Below are positions 19,695 through 29,701 of a stretch of DNA of 64,000 nt, in pieces. A program made the position numbers and the translations under genes. The notes under the pieces were generated by a model. That model saw only the letters and a list, made by a program, of their open reading frames with translations, made no database searches and was not told the origin of the DNA. This stretch comes from Candidatus Eiseniibacteriota bacterium (GTDB taxonomy: Bacteria > Eisenbacteria > RBG-16-71-46 > JABDJR01), in assembly GCA_963762255.1 (NCBI GenBank), contig CAVXKA010000002.1, forward strand, positions 1,184,001 to 1,248,000, written 5' to 3'. How positions within the stretch are numbered: position 1 is the stretch's first letter; each line of letters begins with the position of its first letter.

Positions 19695-20185
19695 CGCGCA
19701 CCTCCCGGGGCGGGCTCGACTTTACCCTCGGCGAGAAACGCGCTCGCCTCGTCCGGCGTCACGCGAAACGCCTCCATCCGGTCGACCCAGGTGAAGTCGA
19801 TGCTCGCGTTCTCCGCCTTGAACTCCGCCTCGACTTGGGAGTTGAACCCCTTGCCGGCCAGCGCGAGCTCTTCTCCGGAGACTCCCTTGCCGGCGTCGGC
19901 GGCGCCGGCCGAGAGGACAATGCGTTTCTTCGTCAGCGCGGACTGGTGGATCCAGCCGGTGCGGCCGCGAGCGTCCGTCACCTTGAGCCAGGGGTTCTGC
20001 TTCCCGGCCACGGTGACGCGATCCGCATAGACGACGGTTGCGACGACGCCACCCAAGAATGAAGGCTTCGCGCGAAGCTGGCTGGTCTTGACCTGCACGC
20101 TCATCTTCTCGCTGGCGGCCAGCACGACGCTTGCGGCAGCGAGGATTCCGGCGAGCAACACTAGGAAGAGAATTGGACGGCGCAC
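19691..20185 (-). CDS. Exported SH3b-like domain protein
   Basis: Signal peptide; LRAKPS..WLKV...GRTGWIH (SH3b); C-terminal ALAGKGFN..VE; ATGA-coupled to the M48 gene. Confidence 0.8.
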   Translation of the reverse strand: MRRPILFLVLLAGILAAASVVLAASEKMSVQVKTSQLRAKPSFLGGVVATVVYADRVTVAGKQNPWLKVTDARGRTGWIHQSALTKKRIVLSAGAADAGKGVSGEELALAGKGFNSQVEAEFKAENASIDFTWVDRMEAFRVTPDEASAFLAEGKVEPAPGGAR

Positions 20186-20215
20186 TGGCGCTCCTTTCGC
20201 GTCCCGTGATGGAAC

Positions 20216-20344
20216 CTACTTGAAAATATTGAAGTTGCCCAACAGCCACCAGAGCAACACGAAGATGAGGATGGTGCCGATGCATCCCCCGCCCAGCTTC
20301 TTCGCACCCCACCCTGCCGCCAGACCTCGCAGAAGCTTGCTCAT
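20216..20344 (-). CDS. 42-aa small membrane protein
   Basis: Below ORF-track cutoff. MSKLLRGLAAGWGAKKLGGGCIGTILIFVLLWWLLGNFNIFK with RBS AAGGTGG; basic amphipathic N-terminus and one TM helix. Confidence 0.7.
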   Translation of the reverse strand: MSKLLRGLAAGWGAKKLGGGCIGTILIFVLLWWLLGNFNIFK

Positions 20345-20461
20345 TGTCGGTCCACCTTCTTCAGAATGTATGTAACGGGTTGTTCTCCATCATGCACCGA
20401 TCGGCGCCAGCTTCTCCCCGGCCGGGTCCACGCTGCCCATTCTCTCTGCGCTCCAGTTCCT

Positions 20462-20629
20462 TCAATCCGGCCGCGTCGGCTTTCGAATCTCGGGGGGGGT
20501 GGCCTCCGGCGGCCGAGGTATCTTCTCCGGCTTGGGGAGCTTTTCGTGGCCTGGTGCCTTGTCGGGGTGCTTCTTGAGATCTTCCTCGCGCTTCCGGCGC
20601 TCCTGGTACTTATCATCCTGTTTTGTCAT
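20462..20629 (-). CDS. 55-aa charged, Pro/Lys-rich small protein
   Basis: Below cutoff. MTKQDDKYQERRKREEDLKKHPDKAPGHEKLPKPEKIPRPPEATPPEIRKPTRPD with RBS GGAG upstream. Confidence 0.55.
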   Translation of the reverse strand: MTKQDDKYQERRKREEDLKKHPDKAPGHEKLPKPEKIPRPPEATPPEIRKPTRPD

Positions 20630-20801
20630 GATTGTTTTCTCCAGTTGAGGCCTCTTCGTGAGGCCGACTCCCGAGGATCAGGATCCCCTCACCACATCCA
20701 GGAGTATTCAACACCGGAGCTTCGGAATGCACAAGCACTCTCGGAGGAGGACGCGACCACCGGCCGCGCTTTGAACCATCTTTTTCGAGCCTGCTCGCCG
20801 G

Positions 20802-22390
20802 CTACCGGATGAGCACCAACCTCTTGGTGACCGGCATCCCCAAATCCGAGGTGACCCGAACCAGGTAGATCCCGCCCGAGACGGGTGTGCCGCTCCTATC
20901 CAGCCCGTCCCACCTCAGGTCGTGGAGACCGTTGGCGGAGTATCCGGATTCGAGTCTTCTGACCAGACGACCGGTGACATCGAAGATGGACACGTCCACG
21001 ACCGTCGCCTGCGGGACTCGGAAGAGCACGTGAACCGCTCTCGCGGAGGTTGGATTCGGATACAGCCTCAGCATCTCGCCGACACCCAACATGCCCTCGG
21101 CCACCGCCGAGGCTGGGTTGTGGATCTCGAAGTCGGCGCTGCTCGCGTCCTCTCCGGTGTTGCCGGCGGCGTCGTGTGCCGTGACCTGAATCCGAGCTTC
21201 TGTCGTCTCGGTGATCGGCACCACCCAGGAGTACGAGCCGGTATTGAGGAGGCCGCTGGCGATGACGTTCGGGAAGGTCAACCCGCCGTCCGTGGAGTAG
21301 GCCAGGTCGACCGCTGTGACGCCCACATCATCCTCAGCCGTCCAGGTGATCGGCTCGGTATCTCCGCTCAGCCAGACTTCCCCACCATTCTGGTTGGTCA
21401 CCGTGACCACTGGGGACGTGACATCGGCGGCGGTGCCGGAGTTCGTGAAAATGTCGGCGAACCCGGTGCCTCGAACGGTGTCCACTCCGGCGGCCGCCCA
21501 GGTCGCGGAGATGACGACCTGGCCGTTCGAGACCTTGTCCCATGTAGCGTTGGGCGCCACGCCCGAACCGGTCTCGGTCCAGTAGGTGCGTACATTCGCC
21601 GCGTGGAGGCGCGTGAGGGCAGAGGCGGTCGGGTGGCCGTAGGAGTTGCCGGTGCCGACCGAAATCACGGCGATCTTCGGCTGGGTGGCGTTGAGCCAGT
21701 TGGTGAGAGCTCGAGGTAGCGGAACCGTGGTGGTGGACCTTGTAGACCTCGACCGGGCCGACCTGGGGGCCGACGGTGGTCTCGATATCCTTGTAGTCGC
21801 CTGAATTCGCGCCCGGAAGATCCCCCCCGAACACCATGTCGAACTCGCCGTAGCTCACCTTCATCACCATGCTCAGCGAGTTCTCGTCGGTCGTGCTGAT
21901 CCCCGCGCCGGCCAGGTTGACGCACGTGATGGTGACCGGATGCGCGGAGAGCGGAGTCCAGCGTCACGACCTGGTCCTTGACCATCGTGTGGCGCTTGGA
22001 GCCGAGCTTGTTCACGTACGTCGTGAAATAGGTGCTGGAATAGGACCCTCCCCGATCCCAGCCGTTGTCGATGACGATGCCCGCGTTGACGATTTCGTCG
22101 ATGTCCCCGATGTGGTCCGAGTGGTAGTGGCTGGCGAAATGGTGATCCACATGGGCGACGCCCAACGCCTGGAGCTGTTGGACCACGGTCAGGCCGCTGA
22201 CACCGGTACCTCCGGGCCCGTCGTCGAACATCGCGACCTGCCCCAGGGGGCTGATGAGGACCGCGCCATCCCCCTGGCCGACATCGAGATGGATGATCTG
22301 GAGCCGTCCGGTCGGGGTCACGGCGGCAGCCTGGATGGCCGGGAGGACAAGCAGGAGCGCAAACAGGACGGATCGAACAGAATTCTTCAT
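20802..22390 (-). pseudogene. Exported ComEC/Rec2-like metallo-beta-lactamase-fold hydrolase with Ig and FlgD-Ig tail, split by two +1 frameshifts (pseudogene or sequencing error)
   Basis: LDVGQGD and SHYHSDHIG in frame 1; ENSLS, GGDL, KVHHHGS in frame 2; ISVGTGNSYGHP and the FlgD tail in frame 3. Single extra bases near 21953 and 21707. Confidence 0.8.
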
Positions 22391-22608
22391 AATGCGGGTT
22401 CCCCAGCGGACGACTGGCGCCTCCCCGTTATCTTCATCTTCGCCAAGCGGCCTATCTATAGTATGTGGGACATCGGAGCCCGCAGCAAGGCGTTTCCCGC
22501 GCGCAGGAAGGGTTATTTCCCCCTTGCTCCGCTCGAATTCTCATTTCGCATGACTTTCTCGGCTCCAGTCCGGCCGGGCTCTTCCCCACCCGATCTCGCA
22601 CGTGTTCC

Positions 22609-24900
22609 CTACGACTGAAACAGATACTGCAGCTTCAGAAAGTACTGCCGGTCGGTCAGGGTCCAACCCTCACGTTCGTCGTTGTCGAAGTCCCGGTCCC
22701 GGTACGTGCGGGTCGTGCCCGCGTAGAACACCGTGAACGGGTTGAGCCGGTAGGTGACCAACGGGTCCGCGTCCCAGGTCTCATAGCGATCGTTGTACTG
22801 GAGAATGAGCCGGGTCGAGAGTTCTCGCGAGAATTGAAACGAAAGGCGAGACCGGAACACCGACTGGGAGAAGAGATTCTCACCGGTGGCCAAGTCGTCG
22901 CTGTTGATGTAGCTGAAAGAGCTCGAGATCAGGAACCGGTCGATCGGTTTGATGTCCGCCCACAGACCGCGCTGGGTCTCCTTGCCCATCACCCGGTCGT
23001 GCCGGGCAATGCGGTGACCGAAGTCGATGTTGCCTCCAAAGGTGAGTGCGCCGGAGGGCCGACTGCTGATACAGGCGTGCGTCAGCCAGATGCCGTCGAA
23101 CTGGATCCCCCCGAAAAGTTCGTTGCTGCGCATGTGCCTCAGGTGTATCCCGGTCTGCGCGGCCCGGGACATGAGCTGCACCCCCGCATCGATCCACTCG
23201 TCCTTCTTCACATGCTCGAAGTTGTACTTCTGCGCGGCGGTCAGGGTGTAGTTGATGTTCTCCAGCAGGCCTGTGCCACCGAACCGCTCGATGCCGCCGA
23301 GCTCGCCGTTCACCTGGCGCATGCTGTTGGCCGGTTCGAACCCGCTGTCCGCACGAAACGTCGGGCTGCGCTCCCAGTACTCCACTCCCAACCAGTACCT
23401 GCGCGTCTCCCGGTTCAGCGAACCCATCACCGCATGACCCCAGAAGGTCTCGCCGTCGAAAGCGGCGGTATGCCTGTCGTCGTCAAAGAGAGTCGCGTTG
23501 AAGGAGCTGTCCGCCAGGGCGAGGTTGTCCATCTCCTCGGTACGGGTGGCCAGCACTTGCACCCGAGCGTAATCGCTGCGGGTGAGCCGGATCCGGCTAT
23601 CGATACCGACGAGGGATCCCGACCCGCCGCCGTCGAAGCGACGGTCGGTGGCGATGAGCCCCACGTGCGATTGCTCGCCCAGGTCGTGCTTGGCACGCAG
23701 AATGTTGGATACGCTCTTGCCGTTCTCCAGGAACGCGCTGCTCTCCTCGAAGGGCACGGTGATCACCGAGTGGTCGTCGCGCGCGGTGAGGACGGCCACA
23801 CTATTGGGCCCTTTGCGGCCGACCACCTTCCCGGCGGCGATGGGGTCGTTGATCGTGCGCGTATACGCCGCATCGAAGTACGTGTTGAAGAGGTCGCTTC
23901 CCTCCTGGAAGAACGGCCGCCGTTCCTCGTAGAACAACGCGAAGGTGGTATTGACGTCGATCTGCGCCTCGTCCGACTCGATCTGGCTGAAGTCCGGATT
24001 CAAGGTGGCCTCGGTGGAGAGCTCCGAAGAGACGTCGTAGGCAAAGCCCAGACCCACCTGCCCTCTGATGTCGTCGTTGATGAAGCCGCGATCGTCATCG
24101 AGCCGGCCGGACTGGCTTCCCACCACCGAGGGGAGCAGCTCGAGCCCCGCTCCGGGCTCCACCCCGGTGATCCCCGTCACCGTCCCCCACTTGCAGGGCC
24201 AGCAGCTATCGTCGTCGTCGTAGGCCGCCCAGGAGTACTGAAAGCGCGACTCGCGCGGCCGGTTGCGCCAGAAGTCCACGCGCCAGGTCTGGTTCGCGCT
24301 CTTAGGAAACCGCAGGCTGGCGAAGGGAACCGCCATCTCCACGATCCAGCCCGAGTCGGTGATACGACCGCTCGACTCGAAGATCATGTCGTACTTGAGG
24401 TCCTCGCCGTTCGCCGACGAGAAGAGGAGGTCACCCGGGATCCCGTAGGGGTTGGCGGCGATCTCGTACGCGTGGGTGGCTTCGCCGAAGGCGTCGATGC
24501 AGAGAAGCACGACGTCGTCGGAGAAGATCTCGTCGCGCTCGCAAAACGACGCGCGCACCTCGGCGGGGTCATCGTGACAGATCCAGCCCACGTAGAGCTT
24601 GTCGTCGTCGTAGGTGATGAGCACCTCCGTGTCGACCTCGGGCCGGGTCTGATTGCCGGGACTGTGCTCGGCAAAATTCCCCGCCCTGGCCGCGCCCTCC
24701 CAACCTGCATCGCCGAGAACCCCGTCGATCTCGATCGCTCCGCGCGCCCGTGAGATCTCTAACTGCGGGTGGTAGACGGGCACCCAATCTTCCTGCGCAC
24801 CGGCGAAGGGCGCGGCGAAGAGGAGTCCCAACAGGAAAGACAAACCGAGGGTCAAGCGGGAGGATCGGCAGGCAATCGGCGACACGGGTGTTCTCCTCAA
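22609..24900 (-). CDS. CBM9-like + DUF5916 outer-membrane beta-barrel protein
   Basis: IEIDGVLGD..W, YDDDKLYV, GWIVEMAVPF (CBM9-like); TLNPDFSQIESD, ERRPFFQEG, YTRTI (DUF5916); C-terminal FLKLQYLF. Confidence 0.87.
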   Translation of the reverse strand: MRRTPVSPIACRSSRLTLGLSFLLGLLFAAPFAGAQEDWVPVYHPQLEISRARGAIEIDGVLGDAGWEGAARAGNFAEHSPGNQTRPEVDTEVLITYDDDKLYVGWICHDDPAEVRASFCERDEIFSDDVVLLCIDAFGEATHAYEIAANPYGIPGDLLFSSANGEDLKYDMIFESSGRITDSGWIVEMAVPFASLRFPKSANQTWRVDFWRNRPRESRFQYSWAAYDDDDSCWPCKWGTVTGITGVEPGAGLELLPSVVGSQSGRLDDDRGFINDDIRGQVGLGFAYDVSSELSTEATLNPDFSQIESDEAQIDVNTTFALFYEERRPFFQEGSDLFNTYFDAAYTRTINDPIAAGKVVGRKGPNSVAVLTARDDHSVITVPFEESSAFLENGKSVSNILRAKHDLGEQSHVGLIATDRRFDGGGSGSLVGIDSRIRLTRSDYARVQVLATRTEEMDNLALADSSFNATLFDDDRHTAAFDGETFWGHAVMGSLNRETRRYWLGVEYWERSPTFRADSGFEPANSMRQVNGELGGIERFGGTGLLENINYTLTAAQKYNFEHVKKDEWIDAGVQLMSRAAQTGIHLRHMRSNELFGGIQFDGIWLTHACISSRPSGALTFGGNIDFGHRIARHDRVMGKETQRGLWADIKPIDRFLISSSFSYINSDDLATGENLFSQSVFRSRLSFQFSRELSTRLILQYNDRYETWDADPLVTYRLNPFTVFYAGTTRTYRDRDFDNDEREGWTLTDRQYFLKLQYLFQS

Positions 24901-25115
24901 GTGTCGTGCTCATTGCGGATCGCCCGGTGTGGAGACCGGCCGCACCGCATGATTGCCACTAGGCCGAAGGCGCCCGGAAGGCAACCCGTAACAACGACAT
25001 TTGCAGTTGATCCGGGCTGAGAGGGAACGCCCGCGAAGATGCTACATCAGATGGCCTCGCGCATACACCCTATATCGGGGTCGCGATGGGCGCTCGCGTT
25101 GCGTCCGGGTCGCGC

Positions 25116-26513
25116 TCAGCTGCCGCCGCCGAGGGCCTTGTAGAGAGCGATCCGGTTGGCCTTCTCGGCCAGCCGCAGGGCCACGCCCGTCTGTTGCGCG
25201 GAGTAGAGCGAGCGCTGCGCCACCAGAACACCGAGGTAGCCGTCGATCCCGGCTTTGTAGCGGGCGTCGGACAGCCGGAGTGTCTCCTCGAGCGAGACAA
25301 CCAGACGGTCCCAGGCCTGGCTCTGCTCGAGCAGCGTCGAGCGCAGCGTGAGGGCATCGGCGACCTCTGCGAACGCCGACTGGATCGCCTTCTCGTAGCT
25401 GGCAACCGCAATCTCGCGCTCGATCTTCGTCGCCTTCAGATTCGCCCTCGGGCCGCCGCCCCCGAAGATTGGCATCTGGATGAGCGGCGCGTAGCGCCAG
25501 CTATCGGTGTCGGAGGCGAACAGATGAGAGACATCGGGAGAGAGCGTGCCAAGCGCCGCGGTCAGAGAGATGCGCGGAAAGAAAGCGGCGCGCGCGGCGC
25601 CGATGTCGGCATTGGCGGCGCGCAGGTGATGCTCGGCCGCGAGGATGTCGGGGCGCGCAAGTAGGACTTCGGAGGGCAGCCCCGCCGCGAGCGCCGGCAT
25701 GTCGGCGAGCGTGCTCAGCTCCTGAGGCAGGAATTCGTCCGGCAGCGGCGAGCCCACCAGCAACTCGAGGGCGTGGCGATCCGTGTCCACCGCGCCCGCG
25801 AACTCGGCGCGACTCGCCCGCGCCGTCTCGACCAGGCTCTCGACCTGACTCAGATCGAGGTTCGAGGCTACGCCGGCGTCGCGACTTGCCTTCACGAGGT
25901 CACGCGAGGCGGTCTGCGCCTCGATCGTGGCCTCGGCCAGTCGCAGGCGCTCCGTGTCGGCGGCGAGCCTGAGCCAGCTCGAGGCCACCGCAGCCACGAG
26001 CGACATATGTACAGCGCGTTGCGCCTGCTCGGTCGCCAGGTACTGCTCCCGCGCCGCCGACTTCAGGCTGCGCAGGCGCCCGAACAGGTCGATCTCCCAG
26101 GACGTGAACCCGATCTCGACCGCATATTGCTCGGTCGTCTCGGCGTTGCCGGATTCCGTCATCCGCCCGGGCAGTCGCATCTTCTCCCCGGCGGCCTGGA
26201 CGCCGAACGTGGGGGTCAACTGGCTTCGCTGGACCCGGTACATCGCCGCGGCCTTTTCGACATTGAGCGCCGCAATTCTCAGGTCGCGATTGCCGTCAAT
26301 CGCCCGCTCGATCACCGAGCGCAGACGTGCGTCGGCGAAATACTCCTGCCAGCCTAGCGCAGTGGCCCCGCTCGCCGTTGATTCCACTTGCGCGCCGTCC
26401 GGCGCGGGGAACTCGTCGGGAACCGGAAGCGCGGGGCGCTCGTATCCGGGCCTCATCGTGCAGCCGGCCAGGGCGAGCGCGGCCGCGAACACAATCGACG
26501 TTCTCATGTTCAC
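25116..26513 (-). CDS. oprM: RND efflux outer-membrane lipoprotein (OprM/NodT family)
   Basis: LAGC lipobox; NRDLRIA, WEIDLFGR, RPDILAAE, AAFFPRISL, LYKALGGG. Confidence 0.92.
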   Translation of the reverse strand: MNMRTSIVFAAALALAGCTMRPGYERPALPVPDEFPAPDGAQVESTASGATALGWQEYFADARLRSVIERAIDGNRDLRIAALNVEKAAAMYRVQRSQLTPTFGVQAAGEKMRLPGRMTESGNAETTEQYAVEIGFTSWEIDLFGRLRSLKSAAREQYLATEQAQRAVHMSLVAAVASSWLRLAADTERLRLAEATIEAQTASRDLVKASRDAGVASNLDLSQVESLVETARASRAEFAGAVDTDRHALELLVGSPLPDEFLPQELSTLADMPALAAGLPSEVLLARPDILAAEHHLRAANADIGAARAAFFPRISLTAALGTLSPDVSHLFASDTDSWRYAPLIQMPIFGGGGPRANLKATKIEREIAVASYEKAIQSAFAEVADALTLRSTLLEQSQAWDRLVVSLEETLRLSDARYKAGIDGYLGVLVAQRSLYSAQQTGVALRLAEKANRIALYKALGGGS

Positions 26514-29500
26514 TCCCCCTCCCCCCGGGCGGTTGTCGGGCCCGAACTCACGGCCCCCTCGTCCGGCACGGCGCGCCGCCGCGTGAAGACTTGAACGATG
26601 ACGACGAACAGGAGCGGGATGAAGAGAATCGCGAGGAAGGTCCCACTGATCATCCCGCCGAGGACGCTCGTGCCGATAGCCGACTGCGCTCCCGCGCCGG
26701 CCCCGGTCGCCAACGCGAGCGGCAGCACGCCGAATCCGAACGCCAGCGAGGTCATGACGATCGGCCGCAAGCGCACTCGGGCCGCCAGCAACGTGGCCTC
26801 GATCAGGCCCATCCCCCCTTCACGGTATTGCTTGGCGAACTGCACGATGAGGATGGCGTTTTTGGTGGTCAAGCCGAGCACGGTGAGCAGCCCGATCTGG
26901 AAGTAGACGTCGTTGGGCATCCCGCGTACCGAGGAAGCCACCACGCCCCCCAGCACGCCGAGCGGCAGCACCAGGACGATCGAGATCGGCACCGTCCAAC
27001 TCTCGTAGAGCGCCGCCAGCACCAGGAAGATGGCGAGCACCGAGAACGCGTAGAGCAGACCGGTCTGCGACTCCGCCATGCGCTCCTGGTAGGAGAGGCC
27101 GGTCCACTCGTGGCCGATCCCCTTCGGGAGTTTCGCGATGAGTTCCTCCATCGCCCGCATCGCCTCTCCAGAGCTGCGCCCTGGCGAGGCCTCCCCTTGG
27201 ATGTTGATCGACGGCACCGAGTTGTAGCGCTCGAGACGCGGCGAGCCGGAAACCCATCGCCCGGAAGCGAGCGCCGAGAACGGGACGAGCCCGCCGCGCG
27301 CGCTCGGCAAGTGAAGCCGGTCGAGGTCGGCAGGGAGCATTCGATACGGCGCGTCCGCCTGCGCGTACACGCGCTTGACGCGCCCGCCCTGGACGAAGTC
27401 GCCGATGAAGGCGCTGCCGAACGCACCGGAGAGATAGCTCTGCACGATGCCAGGGGGCACCCCAAGGGCGCCGACCTTCCCCCAATCGATATCGACCTTG
27501 TACTGGGCCACGTCCTCCATGCCCAACGGCCGCACTCGCGTCAGCCGGGGGTCTTGCATCGCCATGCCGAGGAGTTGATTGCGGGCCGCCATGAGCTGGG
27601 TGTGCCCGAGCCCGCCGCGATCCTGAAGCATGAGATCGAATCCGGTCGCCGAGGACAGCTCCGGAATCGCGGGCGGCGGAAACACGTAGACCCGCGCTTC
27701 CCGGATCGCCATGAGCCTCGGCGTCGCGCGCGCCGCGATCGCTTTCACCTTGAGATCCGCGCGCTCGCGCTCCTTCCAGTCCCGCAGCTTGACGAAGATC
27801 ATGGCTTGGTTCTGGCTGCGACCGCCAAAGCTCATACCGGTGATCGCCATGGTGGAGGCCACGGCCTCGCGCTCCGATTCCCGGAAGTAGGCCTGCACCT
27901 GTCGGACCACCGCCTGGGTCTGATCGAGGGTCGAGCCGGGCGGCGTCTGGGCGGAGACCAGCATCATGCCCTGGTCCTCCTCGGGGAGGTAGGCGGTCGG
28001 CATGCGATTGAACAGCACGACCATGCCGGCCACGATGACCAGGAAGACCGCGAAGTAGCGCAAACGCCTACCCAGGACGTGCCCCACCACGCGTTCGTAG
28101 GCGTCTCGCGAGCCATTGAAGAGGCGGTCGAAGCGAAGGAAGAAGGGACGGAGGATGCGGAATCCGGTCTCGGCGGCCTCGTGGCCCTTCTCCACCGGCT
28201 TGAGCAACCCCGCACAGAGGACCGGGGAGAGGATCAATGCCACCACGACCGAAAGCAGCATCGAGGCAACGACCGTAATCGAGAACTGCCGGTAGATGAC
28301 GCCGGTCGATCCCGGGAAGAAGGCCATCGGTCCGAACACCGCGGCCAGCACGAGCCCGATGCCCACCAGTGCGCTCTGGATCTGATCCATCGACCTGGCG
28401 GTCGCTTCACGCGGCGGCAGCCCTTCTTCGCTCATCAGGCGTTCGACGTTTTCGACCACGACGATGGCGTCGTCGACCAGGAGTCCGATGGCGAGGACCA
28501 TCGCGAACATGGTGAGCATGTTGATCGAGAATCCGAACAGCGCGAGTACGCCGAACGTGCCGAGCAGCACCACCGGGACGGCGATCGTGGGGACCAAGGT
28601 CGCGCGGATATTGCCGAGGAAGAGGAACATCACCAGGAAGACCAGGAGGATCGCCTCGAACAACGTCTTGACCACTTCACCGATGGCCACCCGCACGAAG
28701 GGCGTGGTGTCGTAGGGGTAGACGACCCGCATCCCCTCCGGGAAGTACTTCGAGAGGTCCGCCATCGACGCCTTGACCGCGTCGGCCACGTCGAGGGCGT
28801 TGGCCCCGGCGGCCTGGCGTATGGCGAGCGCGGTCGAGGGCTGGCCGTCGTAGTTGATCTTGATGTCGTTCAGCTCCGAGCCGAGCTCGACGCGCGCCAC
28901 GTCGGAGACGCGCACGACCGAACCGTCGGCGTTCATGCGCAACGGAACCGCCGCGAACTCCTCGGGGGTCTTGAGTAACGACTGCACCAGGATCGAGGCG
29001 TTGAGCCGCTGCCCGGCAACGGCCGGGGCGCCGCCGAACTGCCCGGCGGAGATCTCCACGTTGTAGGCGCGAACACCGGCCACCACGTCGGCGACGGTCA
29101 TGCCGTACTGGGTCAACTTGTCGGTGTTGAGCCAGATCCGCATGGAGTAACCGCTGCCGAAGGCCTGAGCCTCGCCCACACCGGGCACGCGCGCGAGCAC
29201 GTTTTGGACGTTGGATACGAGGTAGTCGCCCAGGTCGACGTTGGTCCATGTCGTATCCGAGGTGGTCAGCCCGACGATCATGAGGAAGTTGCGCGTCGAC
29301 TTGCTCACGCTGAGACCGGTCTGCTGCACGACTTCGGGCAGGCTGGGAATGGCCACCTGCAGCTTGTTCTGAACCTTCGCCCAGGCCAGGTCCGGATCGG
29401 TGCCGGGCTCGAAGGTCAGCGTCAACGACGCGGAGCCCGCCGCGTCGCTGGTCGCCTGCATGTAGAGCAGGTGATCGAGGCCGGTCATCTGCTGTTCGAT

Positions 29501-29692
29501 GATCTGGATCACGCTGTTTTCGACGGTCTCCGCCGAGGCTCCGGGATAGAACGCCGAGATCGAGATCGAGGGCGGCGCGACCGGCGGGTACTGAGCGACC
29601 GGCAACTTGTAGATGGCGAGCGCTCCCGCCAGCATCATCACGATGGCGATGACCCAGGCGAAGACCGGACGATCGAGGAAGAATCTGGACAT
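26510..29692 (-). CDS. acrB: HAE1-family RND multidrug efflux permease
   Basis: MSRFFLDRPVFAWVIAI, GLLVDDAIVVVENVER, KNAILIV, RLRPIVMTS. Confidence 0.95.
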   Translation of the reverse strand: MSRFFLDRPVFAWVIAIVMMLAGALAIYKLPVAQYPPVAPPSISISAFYPGASAETVENSVIQIIEQQMTGLDHLLYMQATSDAAGSASLTLTFEPGTDPDLAWAKVQNKLQVAIPSLPEVVQQTGLSVSKSTRNFLMIVGLTTSDTTWTNVDLGDYLVSNVQNVLARVPGVGEAQAFGSGYSMRIWLNTDKLTQYGMTVADVVAGVRAYNVEISAGQFGGAPAVAGQRLNASILVQSLLKTPEEFAAVPLRMNADGSVVRVSDVARVELGSELNDIKINYDGQPSTALAIRQAAGANALDVADAVKASMADLSKYFPEGMRVVYPYDTTPFVRVAIGEVVKTLFEAILLVFLVMFLFLGNIRATLVPTIAVPVVLLGTFGVLALFGFSINMLTMFAMVLAIGLLVDDAIVVVENVERLMSEEGLPPREATARSMDQIQSALVGIGLVLAAVFGPMAFFPGSTGVIYRQFSITVVASMLLSVVVALILSPVLCAGLLKPVEKGHEAAETGFRILRPFFLRFDRLFNGSRDAYERVVGHVLGRRLRYFAVFLVIVAGMVVLFNRMPTAYLPEEDQGMMLVSAQTPPGSTLDQTQAVVRQVQAYFRESEREAVASTMAITGMSFGGRSQNQAMIFVKLRDWKERERADLKVKAIAARATPRLMAIREARVYVFPPPAIPELSSATGFDLMLQDRGGLGHTQLMAARNQLLGMAMQDPRLTRVRPLGMEDVAQYKVDIDWGKVGALGVPPGIVQSYLSGAFGSAFIGDFVQGGRVKRVYAQADAPYRMLPADLDRLHLPSARGGLVPFSALASGRWVSGSPRLERYNSVPSINIQGEASPGRSSGEAMRAMEELIAKLPKGIGHEWTGLSYQERMAESQTGLLYAFSVLAIFLVLAALYESWTVPISIVLVLPLGVLGGVVASSVRGMPNDVYFQIGLLTVLGLTTKNAILIVQFAKQYREGGMGLIEATLLAARVRLRPIVMTSLAFGFGVLPLALATGAGAGAQSAIGTSVLGGMISGTFLAILFIPLLFVVIVQVFTRRRAVPDEGAVSSGPTTARGEGE

Positions 29693-29701
29693 GGCGGCCC
29701 C

